Shown: one piece after another, positions 41,017 through 51,999 of the stretch
How positions within the stretch are numbered: position 1 is the first letter of the stretch
Layout of the letters: every line of letters begins with the position of its first letter
NCBI GenBank assembly: GCA_013265495.1
Contig: MU057521.1
Span: 1,004,335 to 1,068,334 of the forward strand
Direction: 5' to 3'
Length of the DNA: 64,000 nucleotides
Origin: Vicugna vicugna
Lineage: Eukaryota
Made by a program: the position numbers and the translations under genes
The notes under the pieces: model-generated
The model's database searches: none
The model's input: only the letters and a program-made list of their open reading frames with translations
Told to the model about the DNA's origin: nothing

Positions 41017-41849
41017 AAAAGCAGATGTATATTCTTGAAGTAGAAGACTTAAGGAGTCTTTCTTTTCAGGCTCAATTTTAGGGAAGAAAAAAAAACAACA
41101 TTTGATTTTTGTTGTTGTCATTGTGTTTTGATGAGAAGCTGCTGAGAGTCTTAAAAACTCTGATGCTGACCAGGAGTTTGGAATAGGATGATGAGTTGTA
41201 ACACACTGAGATTTTACTAGAAAAGATTAGCCTAGAAATATTATCATTATACAAGAGTGACGTTAAACACTGCTTTTGAGAAGCTACTTTCAAAGATCAG
41301 GTCATTATTCCAAAATGTTTTAAAAAATTTTCTTCAGCTGCTTTCAAAACAATGCTCTGGGATGATTCAAGCATCTAGCATAGTATGGGGTAGGCTCTTC
41401 CACCCTTAGTCATTCATTCCCACCGGCTGGTATTTTAATTCACATAGCATCATGGGTGTTCTGCCTTCTGTCCAGTCCTGTAAAGCTGTCACACAGAGAA
41501 GGCTAATTAACCGGGGCAGACTGGGATAGGCAGTTCTTAAGATTAGTTGGGGGCCAGCGCCGGGGCAGGCAGAAACAGTTGGAGTCATGGGGCACAGGCA
41601 ACAACATGTTGGAATGGATTCTTCAGTGAGACAGTTCCAGGAGCAAGGCAGCTAGGCCCAGGCAGCTGCAAGCTGGGGGGCAGCGTGGTCAAAGCTTCAT
41701 GAAGGCGTCACACTCAGGCACTGTGCCAGTGTGTGAGAGTGAGATGAGATCAAGGCAGTGAGTCTCCCAGGTCTTGAAGAAGCAGGGTCATCAGGATGGG
41801 GCCCTGGCTCCCCAAGATAAGCACTTATCTTAAGGATCAGATGTTCGTG

Positions 41850-42170
41850 AGTTTATTTAACAAATATTCCTTGAGTATGGACTATGGACCCGGAACCCAG
41901 CCCTGGGGTTAGGACAGAGAAGGAAACAGGCCCAAATCCCTACCCTCGTTGAACTTACATTCTAATGGAAGAAGCTGAGAATACACAACATAATAAGTAA
42001 GTAAAAGAGATTGTGTGTCGGAGAGTGAAAAAGGGAAGGGGAGAAATCAAGCAGGGAAGGGGGTTATGAAGTTATCAGAAAAAAGAATGAAATTTCAGTT
42101 CAGCAGTCAGCAAGGGCCCCACTGAGCAGGTGCCTTTTGAGAAGAGAAATGAACAGGAAAGGACTTCCCG
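41850..42170 (-). mobile_element. L2 3' region
   Basis: tttatttaacaaatattccttgag...aatccctaccctcgttgaacttacattctaatgg...ccccactgagcaggtgccttttgag. Confidence 0.72.
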
Positions 42171-42759
42171 TTACCAGACCGGGCGCAAGAGCGGTGCTAC
42201 ACTTCCTCACGGCAGGGGTCGTGACGCTGGGACTGGGTCACAGGGTCAGTTGGGCCAGTAACACTGACTGACACGTAGTCACCTGAGGTTGAATCAAAGC
42301 TGCTTAAATCCTGGCAGGGATGAGTTCTTATTCATCTTTGTACCCACGGCGTAGAGGACAGGTATCCAATAAATGTTTATTGAGCTGAACGTTTAAATCT
42401 CTGAGAACAGGGGTGGGGCTGAGATAAGTGTGGCCCTGTGATTCCTAGGACAGCTATTCTGTCTGGATGACACTTCCGCAAAAGAATGTGCTCATCTTTT
42501 TCATCACTTTTCATGACTGTCTTCCTGATCTTTGAGGGCAGGGATTATCTTTCAACCTGTGCCCTGAGCGCACTAAGAGGGAGGGAGCGAAGGAGGAAAT
42601 CCAGAAGGAGAGAGGCAGAGACGAGGAGAATTAGGACAGGGAAACAAGCAAACCCTGCCCCGTACTTAAAACCCCAAAAGATCTTAATCCAGCCCAATAA
42701 TGAGGGTGAGTTTAACAAGTTTGAGTTTTACACATTAAAACTGCATCTTGAAACCAAAT

Positions 42760-43190
42760 GATGGTAATAGCTGCACACTTAAAACAAGTGCATTTATGGT
42801 ACATAAATGATACCTAAATGAAGTTGTTTTAAAACACAGAAGAGAGGGAGGGAGGGAGGGATGAACAGATGGAGCACAAGGAATTTTTAAGGTAATGAAA
42901 TTATTCTGTATGACACTATAGTGGTGGCTACATGTCCTTACGCAATTTGTCAAAACCCATAGAATGTACAAGATCAAGAGTGAACCCTAATGTAAACTAT
43001 GGAATTTGGTTGACAATAATTTGTCCATGTTGGTTCATCAATTGTGCCAGATATGCCACACTGATGAGGTAGGTTGAGGGTAGGGAATATGAATGTGTGG
43101 GTGGGGAGGGCTATGTGGGAACTCTGTATTTTCTGCTCAATTCTGCTGTAAACCTGAAACTGCCCTAAAAAAAAAAGTCTATTAAAAAAT
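42760..43190 (+). mobile_element. Old L1 3' ends (L1MC-like plus a short upstream L1M tail)
   Basis: gtcaaaacccatagaatgtacaa...gtgaaccctaatgtaaactatgg...gggaactctgtattttctgctcaatt...gtaaacctgaaactg then an A-run. Confidence 0.82.
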
Positions 43191-43349
43191 TTTTTAATAG
43201 TAATATTGTGCTGTACACCAGAAGTTAACACATTATAATTGACTGTACTTCAATTTTTTTAATTTACTTTAAAAAATTTTAAAAAAACCACTGAAGTAGG
43301 AGCCACATTTAGACAGCTTTCAAGTGCTGTCAGTAAGTCAAAGAGGCAT

Positions 43350-43551
43350 TTTTTAAAATTTTTAAACATTATTGAGTTACAGTCATTTTACAATTCTGTG
43401 TCAAATTCCAGTGTAGAGAAATTTTTCAGTTATACATGAATATACATATATTCATTGTCACATTTTTTCCACTATGAGTAACCACAAGATCTTGTATATA
43501 TTTCCCTGTGCTATACCGTATAATCTTGTTTATCTATTTTAAGTATGCCTA
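43350..43551 (-). mobile_element. Young 5'-truncated L1 3' end (camelid type) with TSD
   Basis: Reverse L1 tail (ttcagttatacatgaatatacata...tttccctgtgctatac) flanked by tcaaagaggcat at 43338-43349 and 43552-43563. Confidence 0.85.
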
Positions 43552-43611
43552 TCAAAGAGGCATATTTACCCAAATGCATATCATTCTTCCTAATAGATAC
43601 TTAAACCAAGT

Positions 43612-44537
43612 TGATTTGTATGAAATAATAGGAAATATATATATGTCTCTGTCCTGGTTCTGGCACAGAGCTCCTAAAACCCTTGTAATTTTCTAAGTGA
43701 TGAGAACACTAGAAGCATCTTTTGTTTCAGTATTTGGTCTTTGACCCTGGTTCCTGACATCAAGATCCTAAATTCCATTGCACTTCTTGGGTGATAGAAG
43801 TGTCTTTTGTTCTAATGAGGTGATCCTGGATTGCTCCTGGATGAGGACTGGTCACCAGAAAGACCAAGCCATGATTAGAAGCTTGGAGTTTTCAGCTCCC
43901 ACCCCCCATTCTCCAAAGATGGGAGAAGGGCTAGACATGGAGTTACTGATGGATCATGCCTCAGTGATGAGTTCTTCATAAAATTCCCAAAAGTACAGGG
44001 TTCAGAGCTGCCAGGTTGGTGACCATGTGGATTTGCTGGACAGTGGTGGGCCTGGAGAGGGCATGGAAGCTCTGTGCTCCTTCCAACACACCTTGCCCTA
44101 TGCATCTCTTCCATCTGGATATTCAACTGTGTCCTTTACTGTATCCTTTTTATAATAAACTAGGAAACAGTAAGTAAATGGTATTCCTGAGTTCTGGGAG
44201 CTGCTCTAGCAAGTTAATCAAACTCAAGGAGAGAATCTCTGATTTACAGCTGAATGGTCAAAAGCACAGGTGACAATCTGGACTAGTGACTGGTGTCTAA
44301 AGTTGGGGAGGAGGCAGTCTTTTAAGACTGAATCCTTAGCCAGTGGGATCTGAGGTTAACTCCAGGTAGATGGTGTCTGAACTGAGTTAAATTATAGGAC
44401 ACCCAGCTGGTGTCACAGAGAATTACTTGTCGTGGGAAAACATATGCACATTTGGTGACCGGAAGTGTCAGAAGTGAAGTTTCTGTGTGAAAGGAAAGGA
44501 AAAACATGCGAGAGGAGGAGTACATTTTTCTTTCCCA
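43612..44537 (+). mobile_element. MER21B-like solo LTR
   Basis: tggcacagagctcctaaaaccctt, ctggtcaccagaaagaccaagccatgattaga, ggagagggcatggaagctctgtg, taggacacccagctggtgtc. Confidence 0.85.
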
Positions 44538-44831
44538 ATTTGCAAATTTACTTTTCCTTTATGTGATTTTTGCCACCTTACAGTATATATAGTCTTTTGA
44601 AAAGTATTTTAAAAAAGACCTTCAAGTACATATAATCTAAGATAGGTTACGGTAATGATTGCTAAAAATAATGCACATTTCCAGACTGGTTTTTATTTGG
44701 GGGGGGCCCTACATAAACCAATCTCAACAGACCAATTATTCTGATAAGGTGTTCTACATGAGAGAGCTACCATATTTAACACAGTGTCGAATCTCTTACC
44801 TATTTAGAACTAGGTATTATCTAAAGACAAT

Positions 44832-44929
44832 GGGGGAGTGGGTATAGCTCAGTGGTAGAGTGCATGCTTAGCATGCACAAAGTCCTGGGTTCAATCCCCA
44901 GTACTGCCACTATAAAATTAATTAATAAT
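44832..44929 (+). mobile_element. tRNA-Ala-derived SINE (Vic-1 type, short form)
   Basis: ggtatagctcagtggtagagtgcatgcttagcatgcacaaagtcctgggttcaatccccagtac, AT-rich tail, TSD aaagacaatg / aaagataatg. Confidence 0.88.
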
Positions 44930-45900
44930 AAAGATAATGAAGCCTCATCTAAAACAAAATACTGAAGTATTCTGGAAATCCCAAAGGATTTCATAGGAAG
45001 CATATCTAGATTGCTGTTCTAAAAGAGACGATGGGCTGAACAAAGCCATCTCTCTTCTTTTTTAACCTCATCTTTGATAAGTACAACACACATTCAGAAC
45101 ATGCAAACTGCTGGTTAGAATTATGTGCCCATAAGCAGGGGTGACAGTCAACAGCTGTAGGAGTAGGCACCCACCAATCAATCTGGATGAGGATGTACAC
45201 AATATGGCCATTTCAGTGTGTCCTGGCTAAATGTCAGCTTGCACTATGATGGCATGGTCCTCTGGACACCCTCCTCAGCAGCGGGTATCCGCTGCTTTCT
45301 CATCACATTTGTACAGTTTGGGGTTGAGTAAGCACCTCACTCCTACCAGTAAGCCTTTGCTATAAGTATAGTAGAGGGAACTCATTATAAACTGAACTCC
45401 AGTCCTTGTACAATCAACGTGAGACACTGTTCTCATTGCCTAGTGGGTTGGAGTGATCACAACTGATCAGCCAGGGAAGGACTGGGATGTGGAGCTCCTG
45501 TCTTACCCCATGGTCCCTCACCTCCATCATCTATCCTGTTATCTTTCCTGCTGCTCCAGCTCCCAGTTAGTGCAAAAGCACAGCTTTGAGATAAAAGGAA
45601 AAAAGAATGAGGAAGTTCCACCACCATTTTTTAAGACCCAAGTCTGGATCCAATGCTTGCCCTGTGGGTCCCGCAAACTGGCTCCAGACACTCCAGGATC
45701 CATTATTCTATAGTTCGACCCCAGCCTTCATCTTACTCAAGTTGACAGGGCACCCCTGTACCTGCTTCAGGTCTGGACTTCACCTCACCCATTCCCTTCT
45801 CCCCACTGTCCCCACTCTTGGCCACTTCCTGCCCTAATCATTCAAACTCAAGGGAACCAAACATCTGTTTCTGTGCTGCTGGATCCAGAGGATCAAGTCA

Positions 45901-45919
45901 GAGCACCCTCTAGTGGTGA
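45901..45919 (-). promoter_or_regulatory. Candidate CTCF binding site
   Basis: Minus strand TCACCACTAGAGGGTGCTC is a close match to the CTCF core CCASYAGRKGGCRS. Confidence 0.5.
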
Positions 45920-46188
45920 GGAGGAGCAATGACACCATTGACATCACCCAGAGGTCAGACCTTTTAGAGGTCAGTGAAGGACAATACTGAATAGGACATT
46001 CTTCACATACTTTCTACCTCTTCCTGCTTTAATGTCTTTCCTATGCTGTTACTTTCCAGTGAGTGGAGAGTGCTGGGAGGGTGGCTGGAGTAAACCACCC
46101 CCACCAGATCCTAAACTACCTTCTCTTCCTATCCTTCCCTTCATGGTGTCCACAGCATTTTGATATGTTCACATATTCGGCTGTTTTA

Positions 46189-46339
46189 GCGTCTTTATCT
46201 TTTGAAGAGGGCGATGTTCTGTCGGAGTTCTGCAGGTGCTCTAGTTGGCTGAGTGGGTCTGTAGATGTGGGTCTTGGTGTATTTGTGGGAGAGGGTGACT
46301 TACGAGCGTCCTTCTACTCCGCCATCTTGCCTCTTCTCT
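46189..46339 (-). mobile_element. L1 5'-end fragment without 3' body or poly(A), flanked by a 16-bp direct repeat
   Basis: Minus strand starts AGAGAAGAGGCAAGATGGCGGAGTAGAAGGACG, an L1 5'UTR start with the YY1 motif. atattcggctgtttta occurs at 46173-46188 and 46340-46355. Confidence 0.78.
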
Positions 46340-46504
46340 ATATTCGGCTGTTTTAAAGAACACAGAATATTCTGCCACAGGGCAAGGGAACTACAGGATA
46401 TCAATCAAGTCCAAAATCAGTAAATAACAATAATCCCTTTTTGGTTAGTGAACAGTTATTGAGCCTGTGCAGAGATGGTGTCACTGACAATTACCTGTGG
46501 TATT

Positions 46505-46685
46505 TCTGTTCATCCTCAAAGGAACCTTAGCAGCAGTGTGACCATCCTCACTTTACAGATGAGGACACTGATGCCTAGGCAATGTAAGCACCTCGCCCAA
46601 ACTGACATGACCAGTAAATGGTGAATATGAACTTGACACAGGTCAGCCAAACCCAAAGTACCGCCCCAGAATCTCTGCACCGAGA
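46505..46685 (-). mobile_element. MIR SINE
   Basis: catcctcactttacagatgaggacactgatgcctaggcaatgtaagcacctcgcccaa. Confidence 0.75.
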
Positions 46686-47062
46686 TTCCACCCATCAACC
46701 ACAGGATGCTGGCAGTTCCATTTGACTTGACTTAAAGGCATCTCATTCTCTTCCAAGCCTCTCCTACTATAGCTCAGGGTCAGCAAGAGGCTTCTAAGCC
46801 TGACACTGTGGCTCTCAGTCCTGCAGGGCCTCAACAACTTCCCACCCCCAAGATTTCAAGCAGATCTGCTCTCTCTTATCCGCACTCTCACTGTTTCTCT
46901 GTGCAGCTACATGACCCACATTTATAATTGCCAATCTCCAAAGATTCAGTGCTTTCAAAGTTTCCAAGGGAGTTTTCATCTCTGCTTCTCACCCTGACCC
47001 TCTGTCTCTTCAGAGCTCACTCAGTAATTTCCCCAACCAGATTCATTTTTATCTTCCGTGAA

Positions 47063-47525
47063 TGAAACCAAGCAGGACCCTGTGGGGCCCTCCTGGGTAC
47101 AAATCCTTTCCGAGTCTCCCCCTCCCCATTTCCTGTTTGTAGGAAATGGGTTTCATTCAGCCTCCTAGACCTTCCCTGAGTTCCAAAGGGAAGATTCAGT
47201 TGCTAATCAGGAAAGGGAGAGCATGCAGAAACAAAGGAGGAACAATCAAGAAACAATAGTGTAGCCTTGGGGCAGGTCCTGGGTCCTCCTCAAGAAATAT
47301 ATATAATAATATATCTTTGAGTTCTTTTACAGGAACTAAGGCCCCCACCCAGGTGAAGGATGGCAAATTTAGGCTGAGCACAAGATTCCTGGAACACTGC
47401 CCTGTTACCTCACCTCCAACCAATCAGAAGAAAGTCACATGCCCTGCAGCCCTCACCCTAAACTTTACCTATAAAAACTTACCCGCCATACCTTCCCCCC
47501 CGCAAACCATCCAGGAGTTTGGGTT
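47063..47525 (+). mobile_element. ERV1-type LTR, 3'-truncated
   Basis: TG start tgaaaccaagcaggaccctgtgggg, CCAAT box (~47420), TATA cctataaaaa (~47468); ends abruptly in a SINE-like tail. Confidence 0.7.
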
Positions 47526-47697
47526 CCAAGTACCTCCACATAAATAAATAAATAAACAAGCAAACAAATTCCACCATTTGGGTTTGCTTAGCCTCACTCT
47601 GACAACTTGTGTCCTCACGACCCATTGTTCTTTCATTTAGCACTTCCTGCAATCTGCCTTACATCATTGCTTTTCACATATATACAACATCAGTAGG

Positions 47698-48105
47698 TGA
47701 AGGCATATAAAACCAACAAACTGACTTCCCTGATGCAAAACTGTTTGCTGATTCATCCTTTATTGTGAATGACTTTAATCCAGAGGCTGTGCTCCAGGAA
47801 GGAGATAACAGGCTAATACTCTCAGAAGGATGGACAGACCCTCCAGAGTTCCTCCTGAAGATGCACTGAGGTTAAGAGGAATGTAGCACCCTGTAAAATG
47901 CTGTGATTGTTATCATCTTTTCTGTTTTTCTGTAAAACCTCAAGCCCCTAGCCCCAAGATGGGCTCACAGTCTTTAAGGCATGAGCCTGCAATGACTCCC
48001 CTTTGCCGGGAGAAGCAATAAAACTGCTCTTTCCTTTGCTCTCAAAACTCTGCCTCCAAGTTTGAATTTGCTTTTCGGGGTGCAGAGGCTGATTTTTCAG
48101 CAACA
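47698..48105 (+). mobile_element. ERV1-type solo LTR with 4-bp TSD
   Basis: TG...CA ends, AATAAA ~48018, end cagaggctgatttttcagcaaca; tagg at 47694-47697 and 48106-48109. Confidence 0.78.
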
Positions 48106-48559
48106 TAGGACCCTAAAGACTGGAAATCTTCTTTATTCACCTTATCCACCCAGTACACACACAGCCCACAGCATCATGCAGAATAGAATGCCCATGGCCT
48201 GCACATAGTCAGTGCTTAATAAATGTTCATTTGAAATGACTTAAATGGGAGTTTCTTTTGTCCTTTACAGAGTGATGCTCCCTGCAACCTTGTCAGGGGA
48301 TATTCTCTACGTTATTTCTTCACAAATCTGTTACAACCCAGTTACTCCAGCTCAGCGAGAGAGGATTTAGGGTTATTTCCAAATCCATTAAAATAAAGAC
48401 TTTGGGAGGCGGATGGATGTGGGTAGGGTAAAGAGTTAAGACACAACCTGAGGATTCTCACTCTGGGCTTTACAAGAATACAGATTTCCCAACAGCTATT
48501 CTTAACAATGGTATGGGTTGAAATGTGTTCCCTCAAAATTCATATATAGGAGAATTAAG

Positions 48560-49595
48560 TGTTGGGCCAACTGACGTCCTTCAAAGTCCAATGACCCTCA
48601 TTCCTAGGCTCACTGATGCCTGACATTCTTTACTAGGCATGTTTCCCCAATCAAACCAACAGTGAGACAGGAAGGGGGCAGGGCACAGCCTTTCAAGGAA
48701 TGCTACAGCAATTAACATCAAAATGGTGAAAGATTCAACCCCCAGGAGGCCTTGAGGTTCAGAATGATGAGAGATTTAACTTCTAGTGGATCTTGAGCTT
48801 CATTATAGCTCATTGTAATATGCTAACATGGTGAATAACACACCCACAGGCACCATGGCAGTCCCAAGGCTGGCCTCAAAAGGTCAAAGAGTGGGAAATG
48901 GCCAACTTCCTGGGAATCCCAGCCCCTTTCCCAGGATACTTAGACTGGTCCTTCCACTTATTAGCATATGAAGCCACCAAGCCCATAAAAACTAGCAACA
49001 CGGTGTCTCGCAGCTGCCTCTCTCCTACGGCCCACACTCTGTCTATGGAGTGTGTACCTATTTTAAATCTGAGCACCCAACCCCCACACCTCGTGGCCTT
49101 TCTCTTGCCTTTCAATGTATCTCTCTGAATAAATCTACCTTTACTCAACTGTGGCTCACTCTTGAATTCTTTCCTGCACGAAGCCAAGGACCCACACTTG
49201 GTGGGGCACGTCCCAGGGGCTCAACCGAAGCCTAGGACACAGCCCTCCTCATGCCTCACATCTGTTTTCCTGCATCAATAGCCCCAGGTAATGCCTGCCT
49301 TTGCAGAGTCACAGACCCCACCGCCCTTCATGGACCCTAAATCTCTTACCTCACCTACAAGAAATCAGAGACTTGTGCATAAGCCTATCAGGCACCTTGT
49401 GACCTGACCTGATAAAAGACCCCAACAACGGCCCTCGGGGCTCATGCAGGCACCCCTCGCCTGTGTGGCCGCTGTTGCCTATGATAGTGCACCCTAAAAA
49501 ACTCCTTTCTATCCCCATACTTTACCTCTGGTGAATTCTTTTACCACCCATGAGTCACCATGTCACCACCGGTCCCCGTTGTGCCCACAACAACA
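48560..49595 (+). mobile_element. Host LTR split by the MER41-like insertion (halves 48560-48662 and 49278-49595)
   Basis: TG start tgttgggcc; the second half has TATA-like gataaaag and LTR-type R/U5 ggtgaattcttttaccaccc...caaca. Confidence 0.55.
48663..49277 (+). mobile_element. MER41-like ERV1 solo LTR
   Basis: tgagacagga...cctgcatca; MER41-type motifs cacccacaggcaccatggcagt and ctcttgaattctttcctgcacgaagccaagga; AATAAA ~49128; TSD acag / atag. Confidence 0.78.
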
Positions 49596-49794
49596 ATATC
49601 TAAGTGCCGTTTATTTCCTGAGTACATACCTGTATTAGGTAAGCTAAAGAAGACAGCCCAGCAATTGTGCATTCACATGTACAATGGAAGACAATTACCC
49701 TACACGTATGAGTAATGACAGCTACCATTCATGAGCACTTATTGTATGTGTCCATAATGAGATCATGATCAATACAACAGTGTGTGTAATCACT

Positions 49795-49940
49795 TGTTTT
49801 TTTGTTTTCGTTGAATTTTAGGCATTTTTATATATTCTGAATTTTAATCCCTTATCAAAAATGTGATGTACAAATATTGCCTCCCATTCTGTGGGGAGAC
49901 TTTTCACTCTGCGGATAGTGTCCTTTGATACACAAAAGAG
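49795..49940 (-). mobile_element. Old L1 ORF2 fragment
   Basis: ttttatatattctgaattttaatcccttatca...caaatattgcctcccattctgtgg...tagtgtcctttgatacacaaaag. Confidence 0.7.
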
Positions 49941-50631
49941 AAATAGCATTTATTTTGGAGGAATCTCTAAATAATATGGAGAGCCCATCTGTTCTCCAAA
50001 ATCTATCCCTGAATTAAGTCAGATGAGAAGAGCAGAGCAGAGCTAGACATCTATTTGATTCAAGATATTCCCCATTATTCACTCATTCACCCATTCAGCA
50101 CATATATACTGAGCCCCTCTCATGTAACAAGCCTTGAATTGTGCGTTGACACTGTGTGAGGTACATTAAAAGAACTGGCCCTGGGACATGTTGCTGGGTT
50201 CACAGTGTAGATGTCACCAGCAGTGCTGTTCCCTAAAGAACCTTGTACCATGTCCCAGTTAGGAAGACCCAAGAAACAGACTTCCCTGTGGTGTCCTATC
50301 AGGACTACCCATACGTCTCCCTTAGCTCCGATAGTGGATCCCATGCATCTTATAACTGGTCATTCCTCCCTCCTCACAGTGGCTGCTGGAACATCTTAAA
50401 GCCACATTTGTGAGCAACTTCTGGTAGGTAAATTGGACATCCTGGCATGCATTCTAATGTAACAAACTCCGTCCCTCTCCATCTTAACTTCCTAACTGTA
50501 TTTTTCCTTTGCCTCATTAAAAAGCTACCTATCTTCTTCCATTTGAGTCATCTTTTATGCTGCCTTAAATTCTTTTTAAAACAGTAAAACAAAAGTAACA
50601 TAAATAAATAATCAAACATTTTTGCTCGCTT

Positions 50632-50827
50632 TCGGTACCTCCTATATAATTGGTAGGGCACAACACAAAATGAAAATGTGCACTTCTTGCCCCAAAGTTA
50701 TTAAGAATCTCAAGATGGCAACAGCAGAATGTTAAGCCAAGTATTGAAGTCTTCAGAGTGTAAGGGCCCTGTGTGACTGCACAGATCACATGTCCATGAA
50801 GGTCACACATCCATGAAGCCAGCCCTG
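50632..50827 (-). mobile_element. MER45A-like hAT-Tip100 element
   Basis: caaaatgaaaatgtg...ttattaagaatctcaagatggcaacagcaga...gggccctgtgtgactgcacag...catgaagccagccctg. Confidence 0.82.
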
Positions 50828-51668
50828 CCAACTCTTGTAATCCTCAAAAACATGGGAAATAGACACCATTTATAATAAACCTCCCACTTCATAATGATAT
50901 CATGTTCACTTATCAAAATTTGTTCAAGAACCAGTTAAGGCCCAATTTGCATTGTGTACATTTTGCATGGGAAAATAAAGAGGCAGAGAGATGGGAAAAT
51001 TAAAGATGTCTTTGGAGATTATATATAACTAAAAGTAATCATTTCTACGAGCTTCTAGATGGTCAGCTTCTTGGTTCACATATCTCTGGTTCATCTTGCA
51101 TTTCCCCGCAGATCCATACTGTCCTACAATAGGAACTCCAACGTTTGCTGGCCAGCTTAGATGGATGGCGTTGGAAGCAGAAGGTATGAATTTAGGAAAT
51201 AGAAAAAAAGGTTAGGAAAGTACTTTGGGTTTCAACCTGAGGATGTCTAGAGTGGTAGACTCAGTCTGGTAGGAAATGAAAAGCAGGACAATTTTGGAGG
51301 AAGATTGTGACTTAGTAAAGCTGATCTGGCCCCAACATAGAGGATGAATTGGAGGGCAGAGATACTGGAGGCAAGAGGCTCAGCTAAACAGCCATTACCC
51401 AAAGCCCACAAAGGTGATTAGGAGCTGAATTAGACCGGGAGCTGCAAAAGTGTGATAATCATAGTAACTGTACCTACTTCTTCACAGTCATCGCACCTTT
51501 TCACACCACTGTTTCATTTGCTTCTTCAATCATTCTGCTAGGAATGCTTTTATCACATTTCATAGAATTGCAAATTGATTCTCAGAAGGTGTGAGTGATT
51601 TCCCCAGATCAGCGTAATTAAAGCACAGGTCAGCATCAGCTCCCAAGGCAATGCTTTTTCTCATCCCC

Positions 51669-51845
51669 CAGTGGAGCACCACCTGACTACATATTAGAAT
51701 CTCGGGATGAACTTTATAATAATAAGGTGTTTTTTCGGCTCCACCCCAGACAGTCTGATATAATTGGTCTTGAGTGAGGCCCAAGCAAGGGAGTTTTTAA
51801 AAGCTTTCCAGGGATTCTAATTTGTAGCCAGGCTGAGAACCTCTC
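51669..51845. mobile_element. MER5A-like hAT-Charlie element
   Basis: cagtgg...attagaatc...ccaccccagac...tctgatataattggtct...ggattctaatttgtagccaggctgagaacc. Confidence 0.72.
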
Positions 51846-51999
51846 GGCAAGATCAGGACCACTTAGGGTGGGAGTTCTGGCTGAAAACAAGAGACCATAG
51901 GGAGGCAAAATGGATGAGACTTGACAACTAATTGCAGAAAGACACCAATGGGATGACAAGGTTTTTAGCCTCCCTATTACGTTACCATAAAAATACAAA

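Noticed and set aside
44832..44910. Apparent tRNA-Ala(AGC) gene (also at 40862 and 52109)
   Set aside because: Flanking TSDs, A-rich tails, CpG decay and damaged acceptor stems mark these as SINE copies, not tRNA genes.
45277..45300. GC hairpin AGCAGCGG-GTAT-CCGCTGCT followed by T residues, like an intrinsic terminator
   Set aside because: Mammalian DNA; a single 8-bp stem is expected by chance in 64 kb and is too short for a pre-miRNA.
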